A stretch of 64,000 nt of DNA from an uncultured Planctomycetota bacterium (GCA_963823665.1 CAWGMQ010000010.1:352001-416000); one strand, 5' to 3'; counted from the first letter of the stretch, positions 33,131-44,834 are shown. The notes: generated by a model from the sequence alone, not told the origin. Numbers and translations: made by a program.

Positions 33131-34685
33131 GCCTCCTCAGCAGAATCTGTGGGTAAATTCTGGCTCAGGCAGGGCGCCAAGGCTGTGATACAAGGCGTTT
33201 TTCACTGCATCGAACGTCCGAAAACCGTACGCCTTTCTCGTCGTCAATTTCACCTTGTTGTTCAGGCCCTCTGCAATGCCTGCGGAAATCGTCCCACGGG
33301 CCTTGAACCAATTCAGGATCAATTCTTCATGGCTGCGAAGCCTTCGAGCCACTTTCTTCATTGGCTCGATCTTTGATCGCATCGTCCTGGTGCACCACTC
33401 GTGCAGAAATCGACTCGCCCAGCCGTGATATTGGTAAGTCCAGAAACGCTGAAAATCCTCCCGCAAAAGATAGCTTCTCACGGACTTTAGGTTGTACTGC
33501 ACCAGTTCGGCCAATCTCACGGTCTGCTTCTTTGTTAGGTTCTCCGGCCGCTTCAGCAGGCACCATCGCGCCCGTTTCAGGACTGGCTCGTAGCCATCTC
33601 GCTTCAGCCGGCGCGCTTCCTCGGCACGTACTTCGTCGATCGCCTTATTCATCGCTTGCATGATGTGAAAGCGGTCGAGCACGTGGATCGCGCCAGAAAC
33701 CTCTTGGGCCAGCACGTTGAGGTACGGTTTCCACATATCGCTGCATAGATAGCGGATCGAGTTCTTGGTTCTCGTCGGTTATGGTTTGGAAAAAGCCACG
33801 CAGGCTTTCCTCCGTCCGGTCCAACCCAATCCAGAGCAACCGCCTGAACCCAGCGTCAATCTGGTAAACCAGCGTCAGGTAATGATGGCCCCTTTGCCAC
33901 TGCACTTCGTCTACAGCGATGGCCTTGATTCCGGTCATCGTCCGTCTCGCCAAGCCCCATGCGACTGCATACTCGACCGAGCGGTACACAGTTTCCCAGG
34001 TAGTATGGAATATCAAGGCGACTTCCAGCCACGAGAGCCGCTTGGCCCAACCGGCTAGAAACCATCGGTAGGCCGTAGTCACCGGGCTCTTGCCGTCACT
34101 CCACGGGACCTCTTCGACGATCACACCGCACTTCGGGCAGTCAACGCGCCTCATTGCGTAGACAAAGAACACAGCGATCTGCCACAGCGGCACGAACTCG
34201 AACCTTCGTACAGGTAGTTGATCATACCCGGCTCGCTTACGGTGGCACCCGGAGCAAACAGCTCGGCTGTTGCGGCGGGCTTCAATTTCTACCTCCAAGG
34301 CAAGTTGCTTTCCTTTCGAGACCAAACTTACCTTGCCGTACACGAAGGACTTTTGCGGTGCAATGCGATTGAGGATAGTCTTGAGGAGCATCGTGTGGGG
34401 CCTCTCGATTGGGATGGTCTTGGTAACCCTTCCCTAACCGACGGCCGCGCACGATGCACTACCCTACCTTCTTCAAAAAAACCTTTCTCAAGAACGAGTC
34501 CGCGAAGAGCTATTTAAAACTGAACCATCAAATGTGAACTTCGCCTACCCCTCCCGCCTTCACCTTCGCTTCGCCCTCAACCTAGCAGGGCGGACCGAAT
34601 GTGAAGGTGGGAGGGAGAACCCTCCTGTCGAGCCCGAGCCGAGCTGCTGCATCGTTTTTCAACCCACAAATTCTGCCGAAGACCC
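33131..34685 (-). mobile_element. ISL3-family insertion sequence
   Basis: 8-bp TSD GTTCTCTT (33123-33130, 34686-34693); IRs GCCTCCTCAGCAGAATCTGTGGGT and GGGTCTTCGGCAGAATTTGTGGGT. Confidence 0.93.
33137..34391 (-). CDS. ISL3 transposase; frameshift near 33760
   Basis: CSGC/CPKC Zn finger, IAVDE, LDRFH, EGLNNKVK..RKAYGFR. Confidence 0.88.
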
Positions 34686-35990
34686 GTTCTCTTTTTGCAC
34701 TCTCGGTAGCCTCTTTCAGTGTTTCGGTCAACGTGGTGAATGAAAGGAGTTGTCGTGGCGAGTAGGTGTCACACCATCGATTCGCCCCATAGATCTGGCA
34801 GGCCCAATCCGCTCGACCCTCTCGGCGTGGCTCTTCGGGGATCATGCCCTGCGCTTCCCAAGTATTCCATTTTGTCTTGACCTCCTGCTCTGCCCGCTTG
34901 ACGGCTTGCTCGTCGGCATCAGTTGGCGCACGGAACGAAAAGTCGCCGTCCCTCTTGATTCCCAAGGCGTAGAGTTGCTGCCCCATTCGTCCCGCTTGGG
35001 CTTCAGACTTGATGTAATCGCCGTCGATCGTGTCTCCCGTCCACGGGCTCAGGCCGGTGCCACGCTTGACGGTGCCCCTGTCGGGGATCACTTTCTTGCA
35101 AGCAGCCGCACCACGAACGATCTCGAAACGGCACCGATCCGACTTCGGGTCAGCGATGACATTGACCGCCATAGGCGCAGTGCCCTTTCGTAGCCACCAG
35201 TTCGGTGACAACGGCACCTGCTTTCCCGTCTCGGGGCATGCGACGGTGCGAGCCCAGAGGTAGCAGAAGATGTTCTCGTCAGATTTTGCGAGCGGGAAGT
35301 AGGGCTCAAGCCGTTCTCGAACTCGCTCGGCCCAGATCTTGCCGTACTTCCTGATGTTCTCGACCAGTGACGGACCAAAGCGGGCGGGGAAATCGAGGGT
35401 CGCCTTTAGAATCACGCTGGCGACGGGATTCAACTCGTTGGCATGGACAGTGAGTCCGTAGCGAAGAGCCTCGAACGGGATCGAACCGCCTCCCGACATC
35501 GGATCGCAAAAGGTAATCTCCCGAGATCCCCAGGTCCATTCCAGTAGGTCGTAGAGCTGCTCTAGCTGCTCCTCACTCGGGTTGATAGTAAAAGCACGAG
35601 CGTAACCGTACGGATTGACCTTGAGCTTTATGTTCCCCTTCTTCGCCCACTCGACGAGCTTCTTTCCAGCTATGGGGTCGCCCAAGATACCAATCAGACG
35701 GATGAACCATGCCTTATAGCTATCGAATTCGGGGAACAACGATCGAAACCGATCCGGCCACGGACGGCCATCCGAGGCTTCGTCTGTGGGATATGCGGGC
35801 AACAGACTCGCCAGGATTGCCGCCCGGCTCACCGTCAACGGACGCCGAGCCCACCAGACGTGAAGGAAATAGAGGGGCGGTAGCGCCGAGGACGCTCCCC
35901 GCTCCCGCATGCACTCGGCACCGATCGCCTCGATGGGGAGCCACTGTTCGATAAGGAGCTTGGGTGAAGTACCTGACATAATTTCTTCTA

Positions 35991-37766
35991 TCACGCTACT
36001 GGTGTTGGTTTCATTTCGAGGTCTTCTATTGCTTTCAGGACTTCCCGATGTCGGACCTCGAATGCGGGGAGTGAGTACGGTTCAAGGGCCTTGTCGTATT
36101 GTTCCAGGGCTTTCTCTTTGTCACTCCTCTGTGCGTAGATGTCGCCGATCGACTTATAGGACTCTCCCATGAACATCACGCTTCTGGGCGTCTGGATGAA
36201 TTGGGCGACCGCAAGATCGTATTCGATGAGGGCATCATCATCTCTGGCGAGCCTTCTGAGGCTGTGACCCTTGAAGAGATGCAACCTCCCTAAGTCCATC
36301 GGATCTCTCGCTACGCCTTCCGCTCGAGATTCTGCTTCGAGCAGACGATCGAGCACTTCGAGGGGAGGACGCTCTGCATGGAGCGAGGCGACTGCGAGAT
36401 TGAATCTCGGCGTGAAGTTGCTCGGACCAATCTCGACGGCCTTCCGATTCGCTTCGATTGCCTGCTCGTATCGGCCAACGTGGTCGTAGAGAAATCCTAG
36501 ATTTGTCCAAGTGAAGAAATCGTTAGATCCGAGTCGGATAGCCTTCTCATAGTAAGAGATTGAATCGTCCACCCGACCCCCTCGCATCAGTTCGCTCGCT
36601 TTGAACTGAATCCTGGCCAGTAAGTCGCCATGGAAGAGTTCGAGCAGTTCGGGGTCGGATTTAAGGAGTTCCAATACTGATAACCGGCGAATCTCCCCTC
36701 CAGGCGACTCCGATTGTCTCTTGTTGATTTTTAGGTGGCCCAATCGCCGTAGACCATCATTGTCAGTTTTTCCGCTGATAATCCGAGGAATCCAACCCCC
36801 ACCATGGCGGTCGTAGCGCCGTAACCATACCTCACCACTACCACTGTCCAGATCGATTCGGACGAAGCTGTAGCCGTTTTCTCTATCGGAACGATCATAA
36901 CAAGCGGCTGAGGCGATCCTCACGTGTCCGTCCGAGGAATGATGGACCCATGCCTGATGTTCGTGGCCGTGGAGACAAAAAGCAAAGTCCTTCTCGATCT
37001 CCTGGAAAATGAGCGGATCTTCATCTGCTCTAAACCAGTTGACTGGATGGTGTATCAGAGCGATCGAGAATTGAACCTCATCAAGCTGTCCGAGCAAGTT
37101 CTCGATTTGCCACCTGCCCCCTAGCCATAGCTTCGCCTTTTCATCTTCACGGCAACACGACCAAGCCGAGTTGAGTCCTGCAATGCCAACCTTGATTCCA
37201 TGGAACTCCCTGATGTTTGCATAGGTAACTCTGTCCTGGTCTAACAAGAGATGGGCGTAACCAGCTTCTTGAAGAAATGATTTATAAGAAAATAGCCTCT
37301 CCATGTATCGTTGCAACTGGAGGCCGTTTTCGTTCAGCATCCTCTCGATGGGATCAACCTCTTTTTGATTATCCAGCCATTCCGTCTGTTCTGGTGTCAC
37401 CTCGTTGCGGTTCACATCGTGATTACCCGGTATCAGGAAAACATTTGACACTGAGATCGGCCTGCTAAATGAATTACGCACGCTTTCTAAGAAAAGCTGA
37501 GCATCACTGAATTGATCGGCGATCGACTCCCCACGTTTCGTCCCGACGTTCCCGTATGCCAGATCCCCTGTGAAGAATATGAGATCCGGTAGCAGACCAT
37601 AGCGATCTTCCATGCTCTTCAGGTCAGGAACGAGAGTCTTGAGCACTCGTCGAGCATCCCAGCCAGTCCGAGGCAGGCAAGTGTGCAGGTCGGAGAGGTG
37701 AAGCCAAGTCAGAGTTCTAGCCATTACGATCTGCTCCCCAATGAGCGCTTCAATCGCCCGAATCAC
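35991..37766 (-). CDS. Calcineurin-like metallophosphoesterase fused to TPR repeats
   Basis: HLSDLH, TGDLA, PGNHD, IHHP, HGHEH; C-terminal TPR-like helices; overlaps both neighbours by GTGA. Confidence 0.85.
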   Translation of the reverse strand: MIRAIEALIGEQIVMARTLTWLHLSDLHTCLPRTGWDARRVLKTLVPDLKSMEDRYGLLPDLIFFTGDLAYGNVGTKRGESIADQFSDAQLFLESVRNSFSRPISVSNVFLIPGNHDVNRNEVTPEQTEWLDNQKEVDPIERMLNENGLQLQRYMERLFSYKSFLQEAGYAHLLLDQDRVTYANIREFHGIKVGIAGLNSAWSCCREDEKAKLWLGGRWQIENLLGQLDEVQFSIALIHHPVNWFRADEDPLIFQEIEKDFAFCLHGHEHQAWVHHSSDGHVRIASAACYDRSDRENGYSFVRIDLDSGSGEVWLRRYDRHGGGWIPRIISGKTDNDGLRRLGHLKINKRQSESPGGEIRRLSVLELLKSDPELLELFHGDLLARIQFKASELMRGGRVDDSISYYEKAIRLGSNDFFTWTNLGFLYDHVGRYEQAIEANRKAVEIGPSNFTPRFNLAVASLHAERPPLEVLDRLLEAESRAEGVARDPMDLGRLHLFKGHSLRRLARDDDALIEYDLAVAQFIQTPRSVMFMGESYKSIGDIYAQRSDKEKALEQYDKALEPYSLPAFEVRHREVLKAIEDLEMKPTPVA

Positions 37767-38206
37767 TCCTCAGCCAGCAACAGCCGCATCGCCTTTTGTG
37801 CTCGCCGCCCGGTGTTTGCCGAGGTCGTCTTGCTGAACCAGTAGTAAGCTTCTTCGTCTGTCATCCCCTGTACGTGCTCGGAGATGTCGCCCATTCGGTT
37901 GGTCTTGCGCAACGGCTTCACTGCCAGGAACAGGAGCCCCAGGCGCACGCCAACGTTCTCGTTCAGATGGAATGGTTTCTCCCGACTGCGTGACAGGTCG
38001 GATGCCTTGTAGCCTGCCTTCTTGATCGTTGCCAAGACCTGATCGAGCACTGCCTTCATCGGCTGACCGTGGACCCGGACAACTAGCCGCCATTCTTCGA
38101 CCTTGCCGCTCCGGTCGAGGTCACGGTGGGGCTTTTGGAAAAGGGCGAGCCCGTAGTGAGAATCGCCGTTGGGTTGAACTCGTAACTCAAACGCCTCGTC
38201 AGCCAT
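37763..38206 (-). CDS. Small accessory subunit of the DUF499 system (DUF3780-like position)
   Basis: Directly after the DUF499 ATPase; GVRLGLLFLAVKP..EEAYYWFSK. Confidence 0.6.
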   Translation of the reverse strand: MADEAFELRVQPNGDSHYGLALFQKPHRDLDRSGKVEEWRLVVRVHGQPMKAVLDQVLATIKKAGYKASDLSRSREKPFHLNENVGVRLGLLFLAVKPLRKTNRMGDISEHVQGMTDEEAYYWFSKTTSANTGRRAQKAMRLLLAEE

Positions 38207-41200
38207 CACTCGTCTCCGGATTCGCCGGAACGGCCTCAACGGCAATCTTGCCAATGCTCAGGCTTTCGAGCACGTCTCGGATCATGGTGAACTGGTCGCC
38301 GCCCACAACTAGGTCCGAGTCGAATTCCGCTCGAAGAACGAGTTTCACGTTTGCGTTCGATGCTTCCTTGCTGAGTTCGTCTGTCAGCGTCTTCACCCGC
38401 TTGTACCGGTCTCACGACCCGGCGAAGGTCACCTTGAAACTCTCGCCGTTGCCAAATTCCAGGACCATGTTCTGATCCAGGGTGAACTTTGCTTTGCCCA
38501 TCTGCGGAATTGCCAGACCAAGTGACCGCACGGCGGTTGCGGCGTTCTTTCCCGGACCCTCGACCCTGATGAACAGCCGCTTCAAGCCCTTGATCTTCTT
38601 ATCGTGGCACTTGTCAGCAATTGCCTGAAACGTCTGGGCTGGGGTTCCATCCACAGTGATGCGGGTCAGGTTCTCGCCGTGGTCATCGTCGTCATCGTCG
38701 TCGCAGACGCAGGGGAATTGACCGCAGACAGGACACTTCTCATCGACGACCGTCTCCCCTTTGATCTTTATACCGACACGCTGAGCTTCCTCGGGCGTGT
38801 AGAGGGTGACGTTATCGCTGATCTCGACAAGCGGGGCGGGTGACACGGTGCCGTATCCAATCTCTTCCTCAGAGGGGTAATAGATCCAGATTCCTTTTGT
38901 CACACCGTCCTTGACGGTTTTCTTGAGTTGGTTGATGTCGAGCAGCATCTTTAGCCCGAGCCGCTGGGCGAAGGCTCGGCGCAATTCTTCCGTAGTCAGG
39001 GAGGGCGTGTTCGTGGGCCACGCCTTCGCCTTGAGGTACTGCGGGTTTAGAGGGTTGTCGTCGGCGGTGAGGACTTTATCGAGGCTCTTCAACACTCGCA
39101 GGAGCACGGTGGTTTGGTCGGTATCGACCTCACCTTGGTCAGCGGGCTGAAGCAGGTGGTGCGCAAGGTTGCCGTTCTTCTTAGGGGCATCGGCAGACGG
39201 GTAGTAGAGGTGCCGGTACGCCTTCGTGATGGCGACCCGAAGGTCGAGTTCCGCTGCCTCAGCCATCTTCTTGAGCTTGCCGACCTGCTCCTTGTTGAAC
39301 TCCATCATGCGATCTTGGTCGCTGACGATCCGGTGGACAGCGAGGTAACGTTGGGCAACCTCAATCATCCGTTCGACCTGATCGGCGTCGGCCAAAAGGA
39401 AGACGAGATTGTTCTTGTAGGTGCGGTATTCCTCCAAGCTCCCCTTGTGCTCGAAGAGCTTGAGAACGATGTCGGGGGGCGGGCTGGTCTGGGTCGCTTT
39501 CACGCTGGAGGCGTCGTAATGGATGACGCCTAGCTTCGGGGCCGCAGCATCGTCATCCAGGTCCATTGCTTCGGTCGGGAAGAAGGTCGGCGTGAAGATC
39601 CCCTTCTTCCACACTTTACGAATGCGGTCGTCGAGTTCCGACTTCGCCTTGACCTTGCCCACCAACCCCATCTCGTCATCGACGATCTTGCGGAGCGATG
39701 GCTCGGTCTTAAAGCGGTAACGAATTCCGTCGTAGTCGAAGAACCAGCAGCGATCCAGGAGACGCTGCATCGCCTTGTCGATGAGGGCGGGGTCGTCACC
39801 CGGTTGGAGCACGGCCAGCCGAAGGTCACCCGGCTCGACGCCGCTCTGCCCTGTCTGGACAATGCTGTGCAGGAACGCCGCCGTTGCGACCCGCTGCGCA
39901 TACGGCGGTTTGCCTGCCTCTATCCAATCTCGATCGATCTCTTGAGCATGCGAAAGCGACCCCTGACGGGGGCTCACGATGTCGGCTTCGATGACCTGCT
40001 TGAATTGCGGTCGATCCAGGCGGCTGGTGAGGTCGTTCGCCGTCTGATCCGTCCCGAGGCTCAGTTGATTTGGGCCAATCAGAAAGCAGTCATCCGGCCG
40101 GTTCTGCCAGAGGTCACGGATCGTTTGAGCCAAAAGTCGAAGCACACCACGAGTCTTCTGGAAGTTGGGGATCGTCGACGTCTTGCGGTTTAGCGTTGTG
40201 AGCAACTCGGGGTGGAACGGGTAGTCCTGAACAATCTCGGCTTCGTACTCGGAGCGGGTCGCCCGTTGTGGCAAGTCGGCTCCCTGCTCGATCATCTTGG
40301 CGAAATAACGCACGTACTCTTCACCGACTTGTTCGGCTGCCCCGTGGTTCAGGCTAACGAACATTCGGTGGCTAACGATGGCGCTGATCTCGTTTTCGGC
40401 AGTGGGCGTCAGGATGTGCTCCTGCCGGGACGACACGCTTCGAGCCTCGGCAAGCTCCTCCCGCAGTTCGTCGGTCTCCTTGCCGAAGGCATCGGACGAG
40501 TCTGTTAGCGTGTAGACCAAAACAGCCCGCTGGCTCTCGGCTGCGAACTTGATGAGCGACATAAGGAAAGCCACAGTCTGCTTCGCCAGACTGGTGGAGC
40601 CCACGATTGTGCCTTTCGCTGCCCGCAGATAGGCGGCGATCTCATCGATCATGATCAGGGCGGGCTCGTCGCCGATCAGCTTCTCCCACACCTGGGTGCC
40701 CGGCGTGGTGCGCTGTTCGTCGCTCTTTCGCACAATGTCGTAACCCGCCTTTCCCCCAATCTGGTAGGCGATGTCTCCCCAGATGGTGTACGTCCTGACG
40801 GTCCCATGATCGATCCCGTTAGCCACATCCATATCGGGACCGACGATCCCGGCGATCTTCTTGACCGGCTGTCCGGGAAGTAATTCGGACGACACGAAGC
40901 GAGCTACCGCCTTGGGAGCGATCCCGCCACGGCAGAGATGGAGCAAAGCAATCAGATTGTGGGTTTTGCCGCCACCGAAGCTCGTTTCGAGACGGATGAT
41001 CGGGGCGTTCGACGGTTTCATGGCGGTCAACCGACCAAGGGCTTCCCCGAGCAGGGATTTCAGACCGCCTGTCGGATACGTATTCGCAAAAAACTTGGGC
41101 GGATCACCATAGACTTCGTCAGCTTCGTTGCGCAGTACCTTGGTGAGCGAGGCAGCGAATTGCTGTTCCCGCAACTCGCCCTTGAGCACCTCATCACGAG

Positions 41201-41228
41201 GTTTGCATGTCTCGAAGATTGTCTTCAA
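38199..41228 (-). CDS. DUF499 AAA+ ATPase; frameshift near 38412
   Basis: CKPRDEVL, FFANTYPT, LETSFGGGKTH, IMIDE, YPFHPEL, FQKTRGVLRLLA; C-terminus continues in ORF 38199-38396. Confidence 0.9.
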
Positions 41229-41387
41229 GGACGTAGCCCTAAATCCTTATTCTGAACAGTCGTTCGACGACTCTGGTGGCGATCTGCGACCGAGCCCATA
41301 TTGTCCTAGAATGCCAAACAGCGAGTCTCGCACGCCGGTCAAGGTCCAGCAAGAGCCTACTGAACAAATGAGACCGGGGCGTTTAGA

Positions 41388-41645
41388 ATGGTGGAGATGA
41401 AGGACCCGAACGTGGTCGAAGTGTCGAAAGTTACGCCGATGGACGATCTCGAAGTGCGAAAGGGAGAAGCCATGCTGAAAGTGCTGCCTCTGATGCCGCA
41501 CACAACGGCAAAACACTTGTTGCTGAGACGCAACCTTGATCGCTGGTTCCCGATTTTTGGAAACCATGAGAAGGCAACTATCTACCTCGTTGATTTTGCG
41601 GGTCCAGGAGAACTCCTGATTGGCGATGGGTCCTCGTCATTCTGA
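41388..41645 (+). CDS. Small hypothetical protein
   Basis: ORF between divergent operons; no recognised motif. Confidence 0.35.
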   Translation: MVEMKDPNVVEVSKVTPMDDLEVRKGEAMLKVLPLMPHTTAKHLLLRRNLDRWFPIFGNHEKATIYLVDFAGPGELLIGDGSSSF

Positions 41646-43253
41646 TATGGTCGCCTATACTCTTGGAGCCGAACAATGGATCTCGATGTAAAGGGCAAAG
41701 TGAGCAATACGAAGCTGCCTTTGTCCAACGGCTTATATCCGGTGTTTGAGGCGATCAGCAATTCGATTCATGCGATTGAAGAGAACCAAGGAGAAAAAGG
41801 GTTTAATCGAGGTCGAGGTTGTCCGGGAGACGCCGCTTCGAGGGCTCTATGGCGGCGACACATCAACGAACCTGCCTATTTCCGGCTTTGTGGTTCAGGA
41901 CAACGGCGTCGGTTTCAATGATGCAAACTTCAAGTCCTTCGAGACATCCGATAGTACGAGGAAAAAGACCAAGGGTGGTAAGGGCGTGGGGCGATTCTTG
42001 TGGTTGAAAGCCTTCGACCGGGTGAAGGTCGAAAGCGTATTTGACCGGGACGGTACATTCTTCAAGCGTAGCTTTGAGTTTCAGTTGACAGAAAAAGGAG
42101 TCGACAAGGAAAAAGTCGGAAAAACGGATGCTACGTCCCGCAAAACAACGATCTGGCTGACCGGCTTCAAGTCTGAGTTCCGACAACATCAGAGTTGCCC
42201 GAAATCCGCTGTGACCATTGCCCGCCGCATCGTTGAGCATTTTCTGGAATCGTTCATTCTCGATACCTGCCCGAAGATTAGAGTACGTGACGATACCGAG
42301 CAAATCGACCTCGACCTGAACCACCTCTTCAAGTCTGAAATGAGGCTCGACATTGCTGCCAGAGACTTTCAAGTCAAGGGGCAGAAGTTCCACATCACCC
42401 ACGTCCGCCTGCTTGTTCCGCAAGAGTTGCAACACTCGCTTGCTTTCTGCGCCCACAAACGCTCAGTAAAGACGGAAGTGTTATCGAAGACCCTGCCGAA
42501 CCTCGAAACCGCCCTGACTGACCCTGAAGGCGAGAATAAGTTCATCTACGCCGGATATGTGTCGGGGACGCTGCTCGATAGTTGTGTGAACTCGGAAAGA
42601 ACACGATTTGACATACTCGACGAGACGACTAATACCTTGCTTGCGAACGAATTGGGTTGGCAAGACATCCTGGATGCTGCCGTAGCCAAGGCGAATGACT
42701 TTCTGGAACCGTTCACCCGACCACTTAACGAGGCGAAGAAAGAACGCATCAAGGAGTTTGTTGCCACTGAAGCGCCACAGTACCGTCCGCTTCTCAAGCA
42801 CAAGGCCCAACAGATTGACTCACTACGGTCGAATCTGACGAACGAACAGCTTGACGTTGAACTCTATCGCATCGGGCAGGGATGGGACCTAGAGCTTCGT
42901 GCCAAGTATCGAGAACCTCCTAGCCGAAAACGATGAGAAGGCCACGTCACAAGAAGAGTTTCGCCAACGTTACGAACGATTTCTCGAAGAATGGAACGAG
43001 TCTGGGATTTCAAAGCTGGCACGATATGTTGTGCACCGAAAAGCGACGTTGGATTTCCTCGATGAGCGCCGAGGAGTAAAGGAAAATAACAAATACCATC
43101 TTGAAGACGCCATTCACGAGATCGTGTTCCCCCTCAAGATGACAGCGGGCGCTCAAAACCAGCCACCATGGGGCGCTTCAAAACCAGCCACTAATGAGGA
43201 GACGCGGATTCGACATGTAGGCTTTCGGGAGACCCCTTTCCTGGAGCCGCACC

Positions 43254-44834
43254 ATGTCGAATTGCCTCAAAGTGGCCATGATAGACGCTATCTTGTCCCT
43301 GCATCGCAGGGGATGGTCCCAGCGCCAAATCGCCATCGAGCTGGACATCAATCGTGAGACGGTCGCTCGCTACCTCAAGCAGGCCAGAGAGGCGCCAAAA
43401 CCAGCCATTGCGCCCTCCGGCTCGAGCGGCCCTGAAATTGCAGCAAGCGCGGCTGTCCCGACACTCGCTTCGGCCAGCGACCGCGGCAGCCAAGCTCGCG
43501 GTCGACTCAGCGATTGCGAGCCTTGGCGAGACATCATTCAGTCCAAGCTTAACCAGGGCCTGAGCGCCCAACGCATTTACCAGGATCTCTCGTCCGAACA
43601 CGGCTTCCAGGGGAGCTACTACACCGTCCGTCGCTTTGTTCGCCGCCTCGAGCCGGTACAAGAGCTTCCCTTCCGGCGCCTTGAGTGTGAGCCAGGGGAG
43701 GAGGCCCAGGTCGACTTCGGCACTGGTGCTCCGGTTTACACAACCGACGGCAAGCGCCGCAGAACCCATGTCTTCCGCATCGTGCTGTCCCACTCTCGCA
43801 AGGCCTACTCCGAGGCCGTCTATCGCCAGACCACCGATGAATTCCTTCGCTGCATTGAAAGTGCCTTTCGCCACTTCGGTGGCGTACCGAGACGGTTGGT
43901 TCTGGATAACCTGAAGGCCGCCGTGACGAAGGCCGACTGGTTTGATCCCGAGCTCAATCCCAAGGTCCGCTCCTTCGGAGAGCACTACGGCTTTGTCTTC
44001 TGGCCCACGCGACCCCGGACACCTCGGCACAAGGGAAAGGTCGAAAAAAGCGTCGACTACGTCCAGAGCAACGCTCTCAAGGCACGGCGATTCCCCAGCC
44101 TGGAGGAGCAGAATGCTTTCCTACTGAACTGGGAGCTGACCGTCGCTGACACCCGGATCCATGGCACCACCCGTCGCCAGGTCGGCAAGCATTTCGCCGA
44201 GGTCGAGCGCGAGGCACTGGTACCGTTGCCATTGGGTCTATTCCCGTCGTTCCACGAGGGCCGCCGCACTGTCCACCGCGATGGCCATGTTGAGGTCAAG
44301 CGGGCCTACTATGCGGTGCCGCCGGAATACCGGGACCGGGACGTCTGGGTGCGCTGGGACAGCCGCCTGGTGTCGATCTACAACGATCGGATGGAGAAGA
44401 TCGCCGTGCATCTCAGGAAGGAACCAGGTCGTTTCAGCACACCGCCTGAACTGATTCACCCCAATAAGATCAGCGGGGTCGAGAAAGGGGCAGCCTGGCT
44501 TCTGCGCAGAGTGACCACTCGGCTGGGACCCAAGAGCACCGCTTGGGCAGAGGCGATGATCCGAGCCCGCGGAGTCGAGGGAGTGCGAGTGTTGATCGGC
44601 CTTTTGAACCTTTCCAGCCGGCATCTCGCCTCGGCAATCGATCACGCTTGCGAAATTGCGCACGGTTACGGCGAGTATCGCCTCCGGACAATCCGTGCGC
44701 TCCTGAAGCGCCAGGGACCCAAGCAAGAGTTGCTGCCATTCATGAACGAGCATCCTATGATCCGACCAATGAGTGAATATGGCCAGTTTGTCCGCGACGC
44801 ATTCCAATCTCGATACGAGGGGAACAACTCATGA
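43254..44834 (+). CDS. istA: IS21 transposase IstA
   Basis: N-terminal HTH, PGEEAQVDFG, VLDNLK, KGKVE. Confidence 0.93.
   Translation: MSNCLKVAMIDAILSLHRRGWSQRQIAIELDINRETVARYLKQAREAPKPAIAPSGSSGPEIAASAAVPTLASASDRGSQARGRLSDCEPWRDIIQSKLNQGLSAQRIYQDLSSEHGFQGSYYTVRRFVRRLEPVQELPFRRLECEPGEEAQVDFGTGAPVYTTDGKRRRTHVFRIVLSHSRKAYSEAVYRQTTDEFLRCIESAFRHFGGVPRRLVLDNLKAAVTKADWFDPELNPKVRSFGEHYGFVFWPTRPRTPRHKGKVEKSVDYVQSNALKARRFPSLEEQNAFLLNWELTVADTRIHGTTRRQVGKHFAEVEREALVPLPLGLFPSFHEGRRTVHRDGHVEVKRAYYAVPPEYRDRDVWVRWDSRLVSIYNDRMEKIAVHLRKEPGRFSTPPELIHPNKISGVEKGAAWLLRRVTTRLGPKSTAWAEAMIRARGVEGVRVLIGLLNLSSRHLASAIDHACEIAHGYGEYRLRTIRALLKRQGPKQELLPFMNEHPMIRPMSEYGQFVRDAFQSRYEGNNS

Larger units (their letters stand above)
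31429..35994 (-). pseudogene. DUF1156 adenine DNA methyltransferase interrupted by ISL3
   Basis: 5' part LHVWWARRPL, DPMSGGGSIPFEA; 3' part VDPPYY; removing the IS and one TSD restores ...ESAKRE-LAPDRF... Confidence 0.92.

Noticed and set aside
34495..34511. Possible inner ISL3 left end (GCTCTTCGCGG on the minus strand)
   Set aside because: Short match with no target duplication; the 8-bp TSD defines the end at 34685
31429..35994. Two separate methyltransferase genes
   Set aside because: They are halves of one DUF1156 gene split by ISL3; the TSD and frame restoration show this
27105..41228. Canonical BREX or DISARM system
   Set aside because: No PglZ, BrxL, DrmA or DrmB recognised; gene content fits the DUF499/DUF1156 restriction-like class
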